DNA of 58,224 bases from Candidatus Saccharimonadia bacterium (GCA_039738635.1 JBCLLN010000005.1:1-58224), one strand, 5' to 3'. Shown: positions 15,932 through 25,790, counted from the first letter of the stretch. Notes: generated by a model from the sequence alone, not told the origin. Numbers and translations are program-made.

Positions 15932-16150
15932 TAAATAATAATAAATAAATTAATTAACTCAGTGTTACTTTTAAATAATTTTAATTGTTTTATTACATTT
16001 GGCATCAAAAGTGGATATTAAACATAATAATTATATTATTTAGCTATTGCATATAAAACATAAGAATTTTGTCACAATAATATATGCAGGCTCGTTACAA
16101 AGGGTGTATAATGAAGATACACCGCTTTTATTGAAAGGAGGTGAAAGGAT

Positions 16151-16321
16151 ATGAAGAGACGCAAAACTTTGAAGCAGTTTCGCAGGATGCAACGCAACCT
16201 GTTGCATGATCGTCAAATTGTGGAAGACATCTTAGATGAAATGGCCACGGCATGGGCTATTCGCGCTGAGGCTCTACAAGCCAGCACATTAGCAACAAGA
16301 GCCACTAAAAAGTCAAGCTAA
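16151..16321 (+). CDS. small basic protein (56 aa), below the ORF-track threshold
   Basis: Strong SD aaaggaggtgaaaggat before the ATG, extended -10 tgtataat upstream, structured terminator downstream. Sequence MKRRKTLKQFRRMQRNLL... Confidence 0.55.
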   Translation: MKRRKTLKQFRRMQRNLLHDRQIVEDILDEMATAWAIRAEALQASTLATRATKKSS

Positions 16322-16357
16322 GCAAGGCTATAAAATCTTGTTAGATATAGAAGTGTG

Positions 16358-16424
16358 CATTTGGGTGATTCTTCACACGGGTATTATTAGAGCCCAAAGA
16401 ATCAATCGTCCAAATGTCGTTTTT
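16358..16424 (+). terminator. long interrupted hairpin + T-run after the 56-aa gene
   Basis: catttgg/ccaaatg and gattctt/aagaatc stems, then tcgttttt. Confidence 0.45.
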
Positions 16425-16477
16425 ATGGCAAAATCTAGCATACAATCAGCACTAACATATTCTGGTGGCAGTATTTT

Positions 16478-16486
16478 TGCTATAAT
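16478..16486 (+). promoter_or_regulatory. extended -10 (TGcTATAAT) 6 nt before ATG, leaderless-type
   Basis: tgctataat + tagttt + ATG(16493). Confidence 0.5.
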
Positions 16487-16492
16487 TAGTTT

Positions 16493-17296
16493 ATGATTAA
16501 TTTAATCTCATGGAATGTTAATGGTATTCGAGCAGTCATTAAAAAAGGTGAGTTTGCCAAATTAATACAAACCTATCATCCTGATATACTGTGCCTTCAA
16601 GAGATTAAGGCCAATAAAGAACAGGTTGAGATAGACCTAGCTGGGTATCACGCGTACTGGAACTCGGCCGATAAAAAAGGCTATAGTGGCACGGCAATCT
16701 TTAGTAAAGTTAAACCTCTCAGTGTGAGTTATGACTTCACCGATATTCTAGCCAAAAAGTATAATTTGATTGATACCCAAGACAGAGATAGTAGCATGGA
16801 GGGCAGGGTCATATCAGCGGAGTTTCAAAAATTCTATGTAGTCACGGCTTATACCCCAAACTCTAAAGACGATTTAAGTCGCCTAGAGCTACGCCATCAG
16901 CACTGGGACCCGGCTTTTCTAGAGCATTGCAAGGAGCTAGAAAAACACAAGCCAGTGTTGGCTTGTGGTGACTTTAATGTTGCCTATAGCGAGGACGATC
17001 TTGCTAGACCCAAAGCCAATATCGGTAAGCATGGCTTTACCAACGAAGAAAGAGCTGGCTTCCAAGCCCTCCTAGATGCTGGTTTTATTGATACATTTAG
17101 AATCTTTCATAAAGGCAATGGACATTATACCTGGTGGAGCCATTGGGGTAATGCTAGGGCTAACAATGTAGGGTGGCGCATAGACTACTGGCTCTCCAGC
17201 AAGGCCCTTAAACCCAGCATAAAAAAGGCCGACATTTTTGCCGATCAGCTCGGTAGCGACCACTGCCCTGTGGCACTCACAATAGATGAATTATAG
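16493..17296 (+). CDS. xth: exodeoxyribonuclease III (AP endonuclease)
   Basis: Motifs SWNVNGIRA, LQEIK, SDHCPV. Confidence 0.9.
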   Translation: MINLISWNVNGIRAVIKKGEFAKLIQTYHPDILCLQEIKANKEQVEIDLAGYHAYWNSADKKGYSGTAIFSKVKPLSVSYDFTDILAKKYNLIDTQDRDSSMEGRVISAEFQKFYVVTAYTPNSKDDLSRLELRHQHWDPAFLEHCKELEKHKPVLACGDFNVAYSEDDLARPKANIGKHGFTNEERAGFQALLDAGFIDTFRIFHKGNGHYTWWSHWGNARANNVGWRIDYWLSSKALKPSIKKADIFADQLGSDHCPVALTIDEL

Positions 17297-17369
17297 TTTT
17301 AGTTTAGCTACGCTATATAAAAAAGAGACTTGAAAATATACCACTTATAAGATATAATTTATACTCATT

Positions 17370-17543
17370 ATGGCAAAGAATACCAAGAGACAAATTACAA
17401 TCATCAAAAATAAAGCCACTGGAAGCAGATATTTTACTTCCAAGAATACTTTAAATACTCCAGACAAAATAGAATTTAAGAAGTTTGACCCTAAGACCCG
17501 CAAGGTTGAAACCTTTGTGGAAGTTAAGTCTAAACTTAGCTAA
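17370..17543 (+). CDS. rpmG: 50S ribosomal protein L33 (Cys-less form), missed by the ORF track
   Basis: MAKNTKRQITIIKNKATGSRYFTSKNTLNTPDKIEFKKFDPKTRKVETFVEVKSKLS has the L33 pattern without CxxC pairs. Confidence 0.8.
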   Translation: MAKNTKRQITIIKNKATGSRYFTSKNTLNTPDKIEFKKFDPKTRKVETFVEVKSKLS

Positions 17544-17612
17544 GTCCAGTTAGGGCTTACTTTAAAATTGCTCATTGCTATAAGGGGCAAAAGAGCTTTA
17601 ATGTAAGTCCGG
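17541..17612. repeat. MITE/REP-like elements upstream of paralog 2
   Basis: taagtccagtta, then ggcttactttaaaattgctcattgctataagggg (inverted relative to 9446-9486), then gtaagtccgg. Confidence 0.6.
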
Positions 17613-17704
17613 TATAATAACGGCGCATATAGTATAATAACAATACATATAAGCATAATAATGATTGTTAAAGACTGTAATATAGCTAACCAAGGTTAAA
17701 ACAA

Positions 17705-19654
17705 ATGCCAGAGCAGTTTCCAGACCAAAACCCCCAAGGCCCCTCCAGTCCTAGTTCTAACAAAGAGGAGCTGGCTGGTGCTAGATTACTGCATTCTAAA
17801 TACTCAGATCTTCAAAAATCTCCTGTCGTAGAACGCTCAGTCGAACAGCGACGACACAATAAAGAAAGTATACCCAACGAGCCATCCCCCAGAATTGAAG
17901 CCTGGCTGCAAGACCTAGAGCGTACCCACACCGGCCTTGGAGCCAGCCCCGAACGCCAAGAGGCTCAGCCCCAAGTGCTAGAACGCATCAAGGAAAGTTA
18001 CCATCGCACCTACATCACCGGCACCGATGATGGTTCGGTGGGGCGCAAACTCCACCATGAGGCCCAAATAGCCCAAAATCAAGGTCACGGTCTGGCCGAA
18101 GATATTATGCAACGCGTTAATCATGAAGTTATTGAACAAACCCGCCAAACCATTCGCCAAGACCAAGAACAAAGCCTTGATAGGTGGATAGATTATCTCA
18201 CTAGCGACGATGCCAGCTATCCTATGTGGTTTAAGTACTATCTATTTCGTAACATCACTAAGCTGGCCCAGTTCGACAAAGAAGCAGGTGAATTCCCCAA
18301 ACGATCCAAAAGCACCACGGCACCATTCCCAGACATTAATCGTGAAGCCCTAGCATATATGGAAGACAGCCTAGCCAAACACTATGGCTTAAAGCAGCTT
18401 GACCCCCACCACCCCGAAGCTGAAATAGATCCAGCAATGAAAGAACTATTGGATAAAGACTCTAACTTTGCTAGCCTTTATAAACGCACCATAGATTATG
18501 CCGCCCCTAAAACTGCTGAAAACCTAGCTGTGACAGACGGAGAGTGGGTTAAATTCGACCAAACTGATGATCCCGAGCAAGCCAAAGAGCTGGCCCATAG
18601 TCTGCACGGTTATGGAACCGGCTGGTGCACAGCTGGGGAGGGCATGGCAGCCAGTCAGTTATCGGCTGGAGACTTCTATGTCTATTATAGTAAAAGTGAA
18701 GATGGGAAGTACACCGTACCTAGGGTGGCGATACGAATGAAAGGCAGAAGCATTGGTGAAGTAAGGGGCATTGAAGCTGACCAAAACATGGAAGGCCCAC
18801 TGGTACCGATTGCTGAGGCCAAGATGAACGAGGTAGACCCCCAGGGTGCCGAGCCTTACAAGAAGAAGTCGGCCGACATGCAAAAGCTGACAGCTATCTA
18901 TACCCGCCACACTACTAGTGTAGAACTTACCAATCAAGATCTGAGATTCCTCTACGAACTAGACGGTACAATACAGGGCTTTGGATATCAGCGAGACCCT
19001 AGAATAGAGCAGATCCTTGCTGATAGAAATAAGAAAGCTGATTTATCTCTGGTGCTGGGCATAGATGAAGCTAAAATAAGTATAACCGCAGCAGAGGCCT
19101 TAAGTGGTGACATACTCTACCATCATGGCAACCTCAGACTCTACGGCCTCACTAGCACCGAGGGCCTAACTCTCCCCACCACTATCGGTGGCGACCTCAC
19201 CCTCCCCAGCCTCACCAGCGCCGAGGGCCTAACCCTACCTAACTCCATCGGTGGTGGCCTCGACCTCAGGAGCCTCACCAGCGCCGAGGGCCTAACCCTA
19301 CCTACTGCCATTGGTGGCTCCCTCAGCCTCAATAACCTCACCAGCGCCGAGGGCCTAACTCCCCCCACCACCATCAATGGCTACCTCTGGCTCAGCAGTC
19401 TCACCAACGCCGAGGGCCTAACTCTCCCCACCACCATCGGTGACTACCTCGTCCTCAGTAGCCTCACCAGCGCCGAGGGCCTAACCCTACCTAACTCCAT
19501 CGGTGGTGGCCTCTTCCTCGACGGCCTCATCAGCGCCGAGGGCCTAACTCTCCCCACCACCATTGGTGGTGACCTCGGCCTCGGCAGCCTCACTAGCGTC
19601 GACAAACAAGCCCTCAGAGACAAATACCCACAGTTAGCTAGTAAAATAATTTAA
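17705..19654 (+). CDS. large repeat protein, paralog 2
   Basis: 649 aa, collinear with paralog 1 including the GYGTGWCTAGEG core. Eight LTSAEGLTLPTTIGG.L.L repeats. Confidence 0.85.
   Translation: MPEQFPDQNPQGPSSPSSNKEELAGARLLHSKYSDLQKSPVVERSVEQRRHNKESIPNEPSPRIEAWLQDLERTHTGLGASPERQEAQPQVLERIKESYHRTYITGTDDGSVGRKLHHEAQIAQNQGHGLAEDIMQRVNHEVIEQTRQTIRQDQEQSLDRWIDYLTSDDASYPMWFKYYLFRNITKLAQFDKEAGEFPKRSKSTTAPFPDINREALAYMEDSLAKHYGLKQLDPHHPEAEIDPAMKELLDKDSNFASLYKRTIDYAAPKTAENLAVTDGEWVKFDQTDDPEQAKELAHSLHGYGTGWCTAGEGMAASQLSAGDFYVYYSKSEDGKYTVPRVAIRMKGRSIGEVRGIEADQNMEGPLVPIAEAKMNEVDPQGAEPYKKKSADMQKLTAIYTRHTTSVELTNQDLRFLYELDGTIQGFGYQRDPRIEQILADRNKKADLSLVLGIDEAKISITAAEALSGDILYHHGNLRLYGLTSTEGLTLPTTIGGDLTLPSLTSAEGLTLPNSIGGGLDLRSLTSAEGLTLPTAIGGSLSLNNLTSAEGLTPPTTINGYLWLSSLTNAEGLTLPTTIGDYLVLSSLTSAEGLTLPNSIGGGLFLDGLISAEGLTLPTTIGGDLGLGSLTSVDKQALRDKYPQLASKII
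19127..19603 (+). repeat. ~8 x 60-bp in-frame tandem repeat array
   Basis: Repeated ctcaccagcgccgagggcctaac(c/t)ct(a/c)cc...atcggtgg units. Confidence 0.9.
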
Positions 19655-19821
19655 GAGCCCAACCCAACAGCTAGTAATCCTAAAGTAAGTGTCATTACTA
19701 ACCCTAAAAGCCCCATATATAAGAGAGTTTATATATTTTGTAAATTTGCCATCTGATAAAGGCCTGGCCTTTTCCAGATGGGAGTTTTACAGATTTGTGA
19801 CTTCATAGCTTAGCTCATCCG

Positions 19822-19929
19822 TTATTTCTTGTGTTTTTCATAGTTAGCGATAAATTCCTGGTAAGCTTCTCTGCTGGAATAGTTGATCAAGTAGTTTTTC
19901 TGTCTGAAGCCACTCCGGCTCGCTGGCAT
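19822..19929 (-). pseudogene. possible C-terminal remnant of a diverged Y1/RAYT transposase
   Basis: The 35-aa ORF ..FRQKNYLINYSSREAYQEFIANYEK parallels ..LKPQKIISLFTSPKEYMKFIEEYDD of the 1670 protein. An in-frame stop lies upstream. Confidence 0.3.
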
Positions 19930-20021
19930 TTCTATAAAGCCCTAGCTTAAGTAACTTGAATCATTATCTCAAAAAGCATATAATTGTAAGTATTATTCTA
20001 ATTAAAATAAACGGAGGAAGT

Positions 20022-20357
20022 ATGGCAAAAAAGTATGGCCATGTAATTGAGTTTTATGGAGAGAACTGCCCACACTGTATGAGTATGAAGCCAATAGTCG
20101 CCGAGATAGAATCTAAGACGGGTACTGAAATTGAAAAGCTAGAGGTCTGGAATAACAAAGAAAACGCCCGCAAAATGGAGTCCTATAGTGATATTATTAG
20201 CGAGGCCTGTGGTGGATTCCCGGGAGTTCCATCATTTGTGAATGTAACTACCAAGCAGGCGCTATGTGGAGCCCACGACAAAAAAGACATTATTGAACTT
20301 ATGCAAGGAGCAGACTGTAAGGGTAATGTTTGCAAGCCGCATAGCAAGAACAAATAG
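20022..20357 (+). CDS. thioredoxin-fold protein (CPHC)
   Basis: CPHC redox motif, SD ggagg before the internal ATG. Confidence 0.6.
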   Translation: MAKKYGHVIEFYGENCPHCMSMKPIVAEIESKTGTEIEKLEVWNNKENARKMESYSDIISEACGGFPGVPSFVNVTTKQALCGAHDKKDIIELMQGADCKGNVCKPHSKNK

Positions 20358-20389
20358 GGTAGTGTAAAATAATAAGCATAAGATATATT

Positions 20390-22768
20390 ATGCTTAAATC
20401 AAATAGGCTCAGAGCTACTAAACATATGAAACATAATAGATTGGGCGCCCCCAAACCACCATCTAGGTTTCTTTGGCTGATGGAGGCAATGTTTGTTTGC
20501 CTAGGGGTGCTTATTGTCCTTTCTATCATTATTATGATTTACCTAGCAGTATCTAATCAGTTTAAAGCCCAGGACGCTGCTAGAATAATATCAGGCATTA
20601 TTCCTACAGAAGAAGCCAGTATGGATTATAAAAAGATCCACTCCACCCTTGGTTTTGAGCTCACCATCAACGATAAGCTCCAAGACGCTGAGGCCACTAT
20701 TGCTGGCAGTAAGGTGATAAAGAGTGGCAATACTGTGTTCAGCCCAGATAGCTACCTGGTCGTAGATGTTTATAAAGATACCTCAAATCAGCTATCGTCT
20801 AGCAAAACTGACCCCACCCACGCTCGCTCCATCTACTTGAGCATCCAGACAAATGACAAGAAGACCATCATAGAAGACCTTAGAAAAGAATACGGCCCTA
20901 ATATTAAAGATAATAATCTATTAGGTAAATATTATGCCCCAGTTAGCGATCAAAACAAAACTTATACCCTTACCAAGTCCGAGGAGGTAACTGTGGGGGG
21001 CAATGAATTTCTCAAAAATAGCTTTCAAGTATCTAATAACCAATCAATAAAATACATTTCTTATCGGACTGACTATATCACTGCTCAAAATGGTCGTCCC
21101 TACATAGCTACAATTTATTATAGTGCAGGAGCCGACCCTGACGATTTATTAGCCTTTAATGACATTATAGAATCGCTCAAGTTTTATCCACCAGAAAATA
21201 GCGCTAGCCTTACTAATTTAAATAACAAACCAGACAAGCCCACCCAGCAAGCTAGCTCAATACTCAGTGGCTTTATAGCTCACGCTGCCAGTAAGCCATT
21301 ATCTAAAGACCCAGCCATTCAGGTCGTGGCTAAGAATATGCCAGCAGTAGTTCGTATTGCTTCGACTAACTGCGTTGACTATGAATTAGCATTAGGTACA
21401 GCAAAGCAAGGTTTTACCGGTGGATGCTCGGGGGCATTTGGCTCGGGCTTTATTATTAGCCCCGATGGGTATGTGGCAACGAACGGCCATGTGGTGCATT
21501 CTTCTGCCGTTGATGTGCTCAGGGCCAACATTGAGTTTAGAAATCTGGCTACTATTAAGAGCTACTTGAGCTTTTTAGTAAAGACTACTTTTGTCACTCA
21601 GGATAGCGCTGATGCATTTTATGCTAGAGTAGTTAGCAATGACGATACGGCATTACAACCAATTTTAAACTCACTTGAATGGCAGGAATTGGAGGAAACA
21701 TCAATAACTGAGACAAAACAAGCAAGTTTCTATGCAGTCCAGCTGTCTAATCAGGTTGTCATCTTTGATGAGAAAAATTTACAGAATTTTAATTATGGGA
21801 GCACAATAGTAAGAGCCAAACTAATAGATAAAGATTATGATCCAAACATGACTGATGAGGGTGGTTTTAAGGGCTCTGATGTTGCAATCCTTAAAATGAA
21901 TGATCAAAAAAGCTACCCATTTGTTCAGCTTGGTAGTATTGACGGCTTAGGAGCCGGAAGCCCACTGACAGTTATAGGCTTCCCTGGAGTAGCCGAACAT
22001 AATTTAGTAGTAGATGAAAAGCAAAGTATCCCCACTGCTACGGTGGGGCAAGTTAGTGCCATTAGAGATGCCAAAGGCACCACTAATAAACTTATCCAGT
22101 CTGACGTTGCAATAGGCTATGGCAATTCAGGCGGCCCCGCCTTGAATCAGGATGGAGAGGTTGTAGGCTTAGCCACATATACCGTATCAGAAAATACCTC
22201 TGGAGATGGCGCGAAGGTAAATTATATGAGGGATATTGCAGATCTCAAGGCATTACTAAAAAAGAACCACATTACATTACCAGCAACTGCTGAGGGTGGT
22301 CAGAAATTATGGGAGCAAGGTCTAGAAAAATTCTCCAATGCCTATTATAGCTCTGCAATAGCGGACTTTAGTAAGCTTAAGTCTCAATATCCGCCACATA
22401 GGCTTGTTGATAGCTTTATAGCCAGGGCCGAAACTGCCAAAAAAGACGGTAAAGAAGCCACTCCACCAGAAGTATATTATATGATAATAATTGTAGCAGT
22501 GGTTGTGTCTGCTGCTGGCATAATTCTATTCTTTGTAATTCGCCACCATAGGGGGCGCAAGGTTGCTCATGAAGCGTATATGCAAAAGCTAGTAGGTATA
22601 TCTGCTAGGGCCCAGCAATCAGCTATAGAACCGGCTACTTTAATAGCAGAGCCAGCCATCAGACCTACTCAGACTAGGAATATAGATATGCTTTCCCTAT
22701 CGCCAGCTCCACCAAATACTAGAAACAATTTAAATAATCAGCCTCCACCCCCACCACCGAGGGGCTAA
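20390..22768 (+). CDS. membrane-anchored trypsin-like (S1/HtrA-type) serine protease with large N-terminal domain and C-terminal TM + Pro-rich tail
   Basis: Motifs ATNGHVV, DVAILK, GNSGGPAL. TM segments near both ends; tail PPPPPPRG. Confidence 0.8.
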   Translation: MLKSNRLRATKHMKHNRLGAPKPPSRFLWLMEAMFVCLGVLIVLSIIIMIYLAVSNQFKAQDAARIISGIIPTEEASMDYKKIHSTLGFELTINDKLQDAEATIAGSKVIKSGNTVFSPDSYLVVDVYKDTSNQLSSSKTDPTHARSIYLSIQTNDKKTIIEDLRKEYGPNIKDNNLLGKYYAPVSDQNKTYTLTKSEEVTVGGNEFLKNSFQVSNNQSIKYISYRTDYITAQNGRPYIATIYYSAGADPDDLLAFNDIIESLKFYPPENSASLTNLNNKPDKPTQQASSILSGFIAHAASKPLSKDPAIQVVAKNMPAVVRIASTNCVDYELALGTAKQGFTGGCSGAFGSGFIISPDGYVATNGHVVHSSAVDVLRANIEFRNLATIKSYLSFLVKTTFVTQDSADAFYARVVSNDDTALQPILNSLEWQELEETSITETKQASFYAVQLSNQVVIFDEKNLQNFNYGSTIVRAKLIDKDYDPNMTDEGGFKGSDVAILKMNDQKSYPFVQLGSIDGLGAGSPLTVIGFPGVAEHNLVVDEKQSIPTATVGQVSAIRDAKGTTNKLIQSDVAIGYGNSGGPALNQDGEVVGLATYTVSENTSGDGAKVNYMRDIADLKALLKKNHITLPATAEGGQKLWEQGLEKFSNAYYSSAIADFSKLKSQYPPHRLVDSFIARAETAKKDGKEATPPEVYYMIIIVAVVVSAAGIILFFVIRHHRGRKVAHEAYMQKLVGISARAQQSAIEPATLIAEPAIRPTQTRNIDMLSLSPAPPNTRNNLNNQPPPPPPRG

Positions 22769-22815
22769 AACTGCTATAATGAGAATAGCATAAGAACTAA
22801 GGGAGGAATAATTAA

Positions 22816-23832
22816 ATGATAAGAGTTGCAATTAATGGCTTTGGGCGAATAGGCCGTAACGCATTTAAGATTGCTAGTGCCAATCCCAAACTAGAGGTAG
22901 TCGCAATTAATGACCTAACTGACACCGCTACATTAGCCCACTTGCTAAAATACGATAGTAATTATGGAACTTACCATAAGCAAATTACTAACACCCCAGA
23001 TAGTATCATAGTAGATGGTCATAGCATCAAAGTTCTAACCGAGCGAGACCCCGCTAAATTACCGTGGGCTAAATTAAATATTGATGTAGTGATTGAATCT
23101 ACGGGATTCTTTACTTGTGTTGAGGATGCCAATTTGCACATCAAGGCCGGTGCCAAACGAGTAGTTGTATCATCTGCAATCAAGAATGATGAAGGCAACG
23201 CTAAGGCCGGTAATTTCTTGATAGGAGTTAATGAGCATGATATGTCTGACCAAGAAATTATCTCTAATCAATCATGCACCACCAACGCCATTACGCCCAT
23301 TGCATTCGTGATTGAAAAAGAGTTTGGAATTGAAAAATCTTTAATGACCACTGTCCACGCCTACACAGCTTCTCAGGCTCTTCAGGATGCACCCAGTAAG
23401 GATTTGCGTGAGGGTCGCAATGCAGCAGAGAATATTGTGCCCACCACCACCAATGCCACAGTGGCAGCTACCAAGATACTACCCAATCTCAAGGGTAATT
23501 TCCTGGGACTTAGCATTAGGGTTCCAGTACAAGTAGTTTCAATCGCTGATTTCACTATTGTCACCAAGCGTAATACAACAGCCGAGGAAGTCAATGCAGC
23601 ACTGAAGAAGGCCTCAGATTCACCCGCGATGAAGCATATTCTGGCTTATACCCAGGAAGAGTTAGTATCAAGTGATTTTATAGGGAATCCCCACTCAGCT
23701 ATTGTTGATTCTAAGCTTACTCAAGTTGTGGGTGGTAATCTGGTTAAGGTTGTTGCCTGGTATGATAACGAATGGGGTTATTCCAATAGACTGGTAGAAA
23801 TGGTTGAGCTGACGGGCGAGAAGATAAAATAG
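22816..23832 (+). CDS. gap: glyceraldehyde-3-phosphate dehydrogenase
   Basis: Motifs INGFGRIGR, SCTTNA, WYDNEWGYS; SD aagggagg. Confidence 0.95.
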   Translation: MIRVAINGFGRIGRNAFKIASANPKLEVVAINDLTDTATLAHLLKYDSNYGTYHKQITNTPDSIIVDGHSIKVLTERDPAKLPWAKLNIDVVIESTGFFTCVEDANLHIKAGAKRVVVSSAIKNDEGNAKAGNFLIGVNEHDMSDQEIISNQSCTTNAITPIAFVIEKEFGIEKSLMTTVHAYTASQALQDAPSKDLREGRNAAENIVPTTTNATVAATKILPNLKGNFLGLSIRVPVQVVSIADFTIVTKRNTTAEEVNAALKKASDSPAMKHILAYTQEELVSSDFIGNPHSAIVDSKLTQVVGGNLVKVVAWYDNEWGYSNRLVEMVELTGEKIK

Positions 23833-23833
23833 T

Positions 23834-24286
23834 ATGAAGGTCTTTATAGCTGCTGATCATGCTGGGTTTATTAAAAAGGATGAACTAGCCAAAAGACTAG
23901 AGGAAAATTATCAAGTATTTGATATGGGGCCATACAAACTAGACCCAAATGATGACTACCCAGTATATGCCAAGAAGGTTGCACTGGCAGTTGCCCAAAA
24001 CCCCGATTCGATGGGCATATTAATTTGCTTGAGTGGGGAAGGTATGGCTATTGTGGCAAATAAAATCAAAGGCATCAGAGCAGCAGTGGCCACCAATAAA
24101 ACGCATGCCACAGAAACTAGGGCAGATAATGATACTAATGTACTGAGCCTATCGGCTAATGAACTATCCTCTAGGGAGCAATTAGACATTGCTACCGCTT
24201 GGCTGGATACACCTTTCTCGGAGTTGGCACGCCACAAGCGAAGGCTAGAGCAAATAGAGGCAATTGAAAAAGAGACTGGGCTATGA
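23834..24286 (+). CDS. rpiB: ribose-5-phosphate isomerase B
   Basis: RpiB/LacAB pattern (IAADHAGF, C66-type loop ICLSGEGM). Confidence 0.9.
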   Translation: MKVFIAADHAGFIKKDELAKRLEENYQVFDMGPYKLDPNDDYPVYAKKVALAVAQNPDSMGILICLSGEGMAIVANKIKGIRAAVATNKTHATETRADNDTNVLSLSANELSSREQLDIATAWLDTPFSELARHKRRLEQIEAIEKETGL

Positions 24287-24912
24287 CCAAGATTGTACCT
24301 GTTGTGCTTGTACATGATAAGAACCAGTACCAAGCTCGCCTAGCAATTATAAGGCAACTCACTAACAGGTTTCAGCTAGATATTATAGATGGCGAATATG
24401 TGGATAATAAAACCATCAACCTTAATGAAGTCGGCAGGCTAACCGATATTAAAATGGATGTTCATCTGATGGTTAAGGAGCCAAAAGCGTATATTGAGCA
24501 GGCCGTAGCCCTAAATGTTAATAAAATTATAATCCAATACGAGTGTGGGCAAGACATAACACCATATTTGGAACGGATTAGAAAAGCTGGCTTTAAGGCT
24601 GGAGTGGCATTTAACCCAGAAACCCAGCTCAGTAAAATTAAACCATTCAAAGAAATTGTTAGCCATGTTTTAATTATGGGCTACCCAGCTGGGTTTGCTG
24701 GCCAAAAGCTTGACCCTATGGTTTTTGATAGGCTACCAGAAGTCCGAGCCATGTTTCCACTGGCTGAGGTTGGGCTCGATGGAGGAGTTAACCTAAAAAA
24801 TGCTAAAAAAGTCCTTCAGGCTGGCTTTGATGTGGTCAACATCAACACAGCAATTTTTGATAGTCCTGATCCATTAAGCCAATACTCTGAATTTTTGGGG
24901 TACTTGATATGA
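24283..24912 (+). CDS. rpe: ribulose-phosphate 3-epimerase-like
   Basis: DIIDGEYVDN, HLMV, NPET, GYPAGFAGQK and LDGGV parallel the Rpe motifs. ATGA overlap with rpiB. Confidence 0.7.
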   Translation: MTKIVPVVLVHDKNQYQARLAIIRQLTNRFQLDIIDGEYVDNKTINLNEVGRLTDIKMDVHLMVKEPKAYIEQAVALNVNKIIIQYECGQDITPYLERIRKAGFKAGVAFNPETQLSKIKPFKEIVSHVLIMGYPAGFAGQKLDPMVFDRLPEVRAMFPLAEVGLDGGVNLKNAKKVLQAGFDVVNINTAIFDSPDPLSQYSEFLGYLI

Positions 24913-25790
24913 TTCATACCACCCAAGAACTAGAGCTAATAGCTAATCAGATAAGACAAGATATTATTCATATGCTGGTAGAGGCGGGCAGTGGACACAC
25001 TGCCGGCCCGCTAGGTATGGCAGATATCTTTACGGCGCTATATTTTGAAGTACTACGCCACCAGCCCAAAAATCCTAATTGGCCAGAGCGCGATAGGATG
25101 ATATTGAGTAATGGGCATATTAATCCTGTACTTTATGCCACTATGGCTAATGCGGGGTATTTCCCTCGCTCGGAGCTTAAGACACTTCGCAAGTTTGGTT
25201 CTAGGCTTCAAGGCCACCCCGAGCGCACTAGACTACCCGGGCTAGAAACTACTAGTGGGCCACTTGGCAGTGGTATTAGCCAGGCATCAGGGATGGCCTA
25301 TGGTTTGCGGATGGATTCTAAAAAGCAACAAAGAGTCTGGTGCTTGACTAGTGATGGTGAGCACCAAGAGGGTAATACCTGGGAGGCAATAATGTTTGCT
25401 GGTAAGAATCGCCTCAGTAATCTAACTGTAGTAGTAGATAGGAATAACATTCAAATCGATGGCATGACAGAAGATATTATGCCCCTAGAGCCTTTTGCTA
25501 TGAAGTATCAAGCTTTTAATTGGCATGTCATAGAGATAGATGGCCATAATTTTCAGGAGATAATTTCGGCTATGGAGCAGAGTAAGGCGATTTTTGAAAA
25601 GCCGACTTGTATCATAGCCCACACAATTCCTGGCAGAGGCGTTGATTTTATGGAATTTGATTTTAGATGGCATGGTGTGCCACCAGGATCTAAAGACTTT
25701 TCTGGAGAGCCACCTAGGGCAGTGCAGGCCAAGGCCGCACTAGAGAGGCTACGAACGCTTAATGGCAAGATACGGAGTGAGCATGAATAG
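24909..25790 (+). CDS. transketolase, N-terminal (TPP-binding) subunit
   Basis: Motifs GSGHTAGPLGMADI, GDGEHQEGNTWEA. Confidence 0.9.
   Translation: MIHTTQELELIANQIRQDIIHMLVEAGSGHTAGPLGMADIFTALYFEVLRHQPKNPNWPERDRMILSNGHINPVLYATMANAGYFPRSELKTLRKFGSRLQGHPERTRLPGLETTSGPLGSGISQASGMAYGLRMDSKKQQRVWCLTSDGEHQEGNTWEAIMFAGKNRLSNLTVVVDRNNIQIDGMTEDIMPLEPFAMKYQAFNWHVIEIDGHNFQEIISAMEQSKAIFEKPTCIIAHTIPGRGVDFMEFDFRWHGVPPGSKDFSGEPPRAVQAKAALERLRTLNGKIRSEHE

Noticed and set aside
15960-16150. Replication origin in the AT-rich 15.9-16.1 kb spacer
   Set aside because: There is only one poor DnaA-box-like match (agtggatat), no cluster, and no dnaA or dnaN nearby.
19956-20021. Longer N-terminal extensions given by the ORF track (19956, 27638, 38064, 47960, 49216, 7097, 14550, 25762)
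   Set aside because: The extensions overlap upstream genes, promoters or terminators. Internal ATGs have an SD, or the recurrent -10 + 6-7 nt spacing, or an ATGA coupling.
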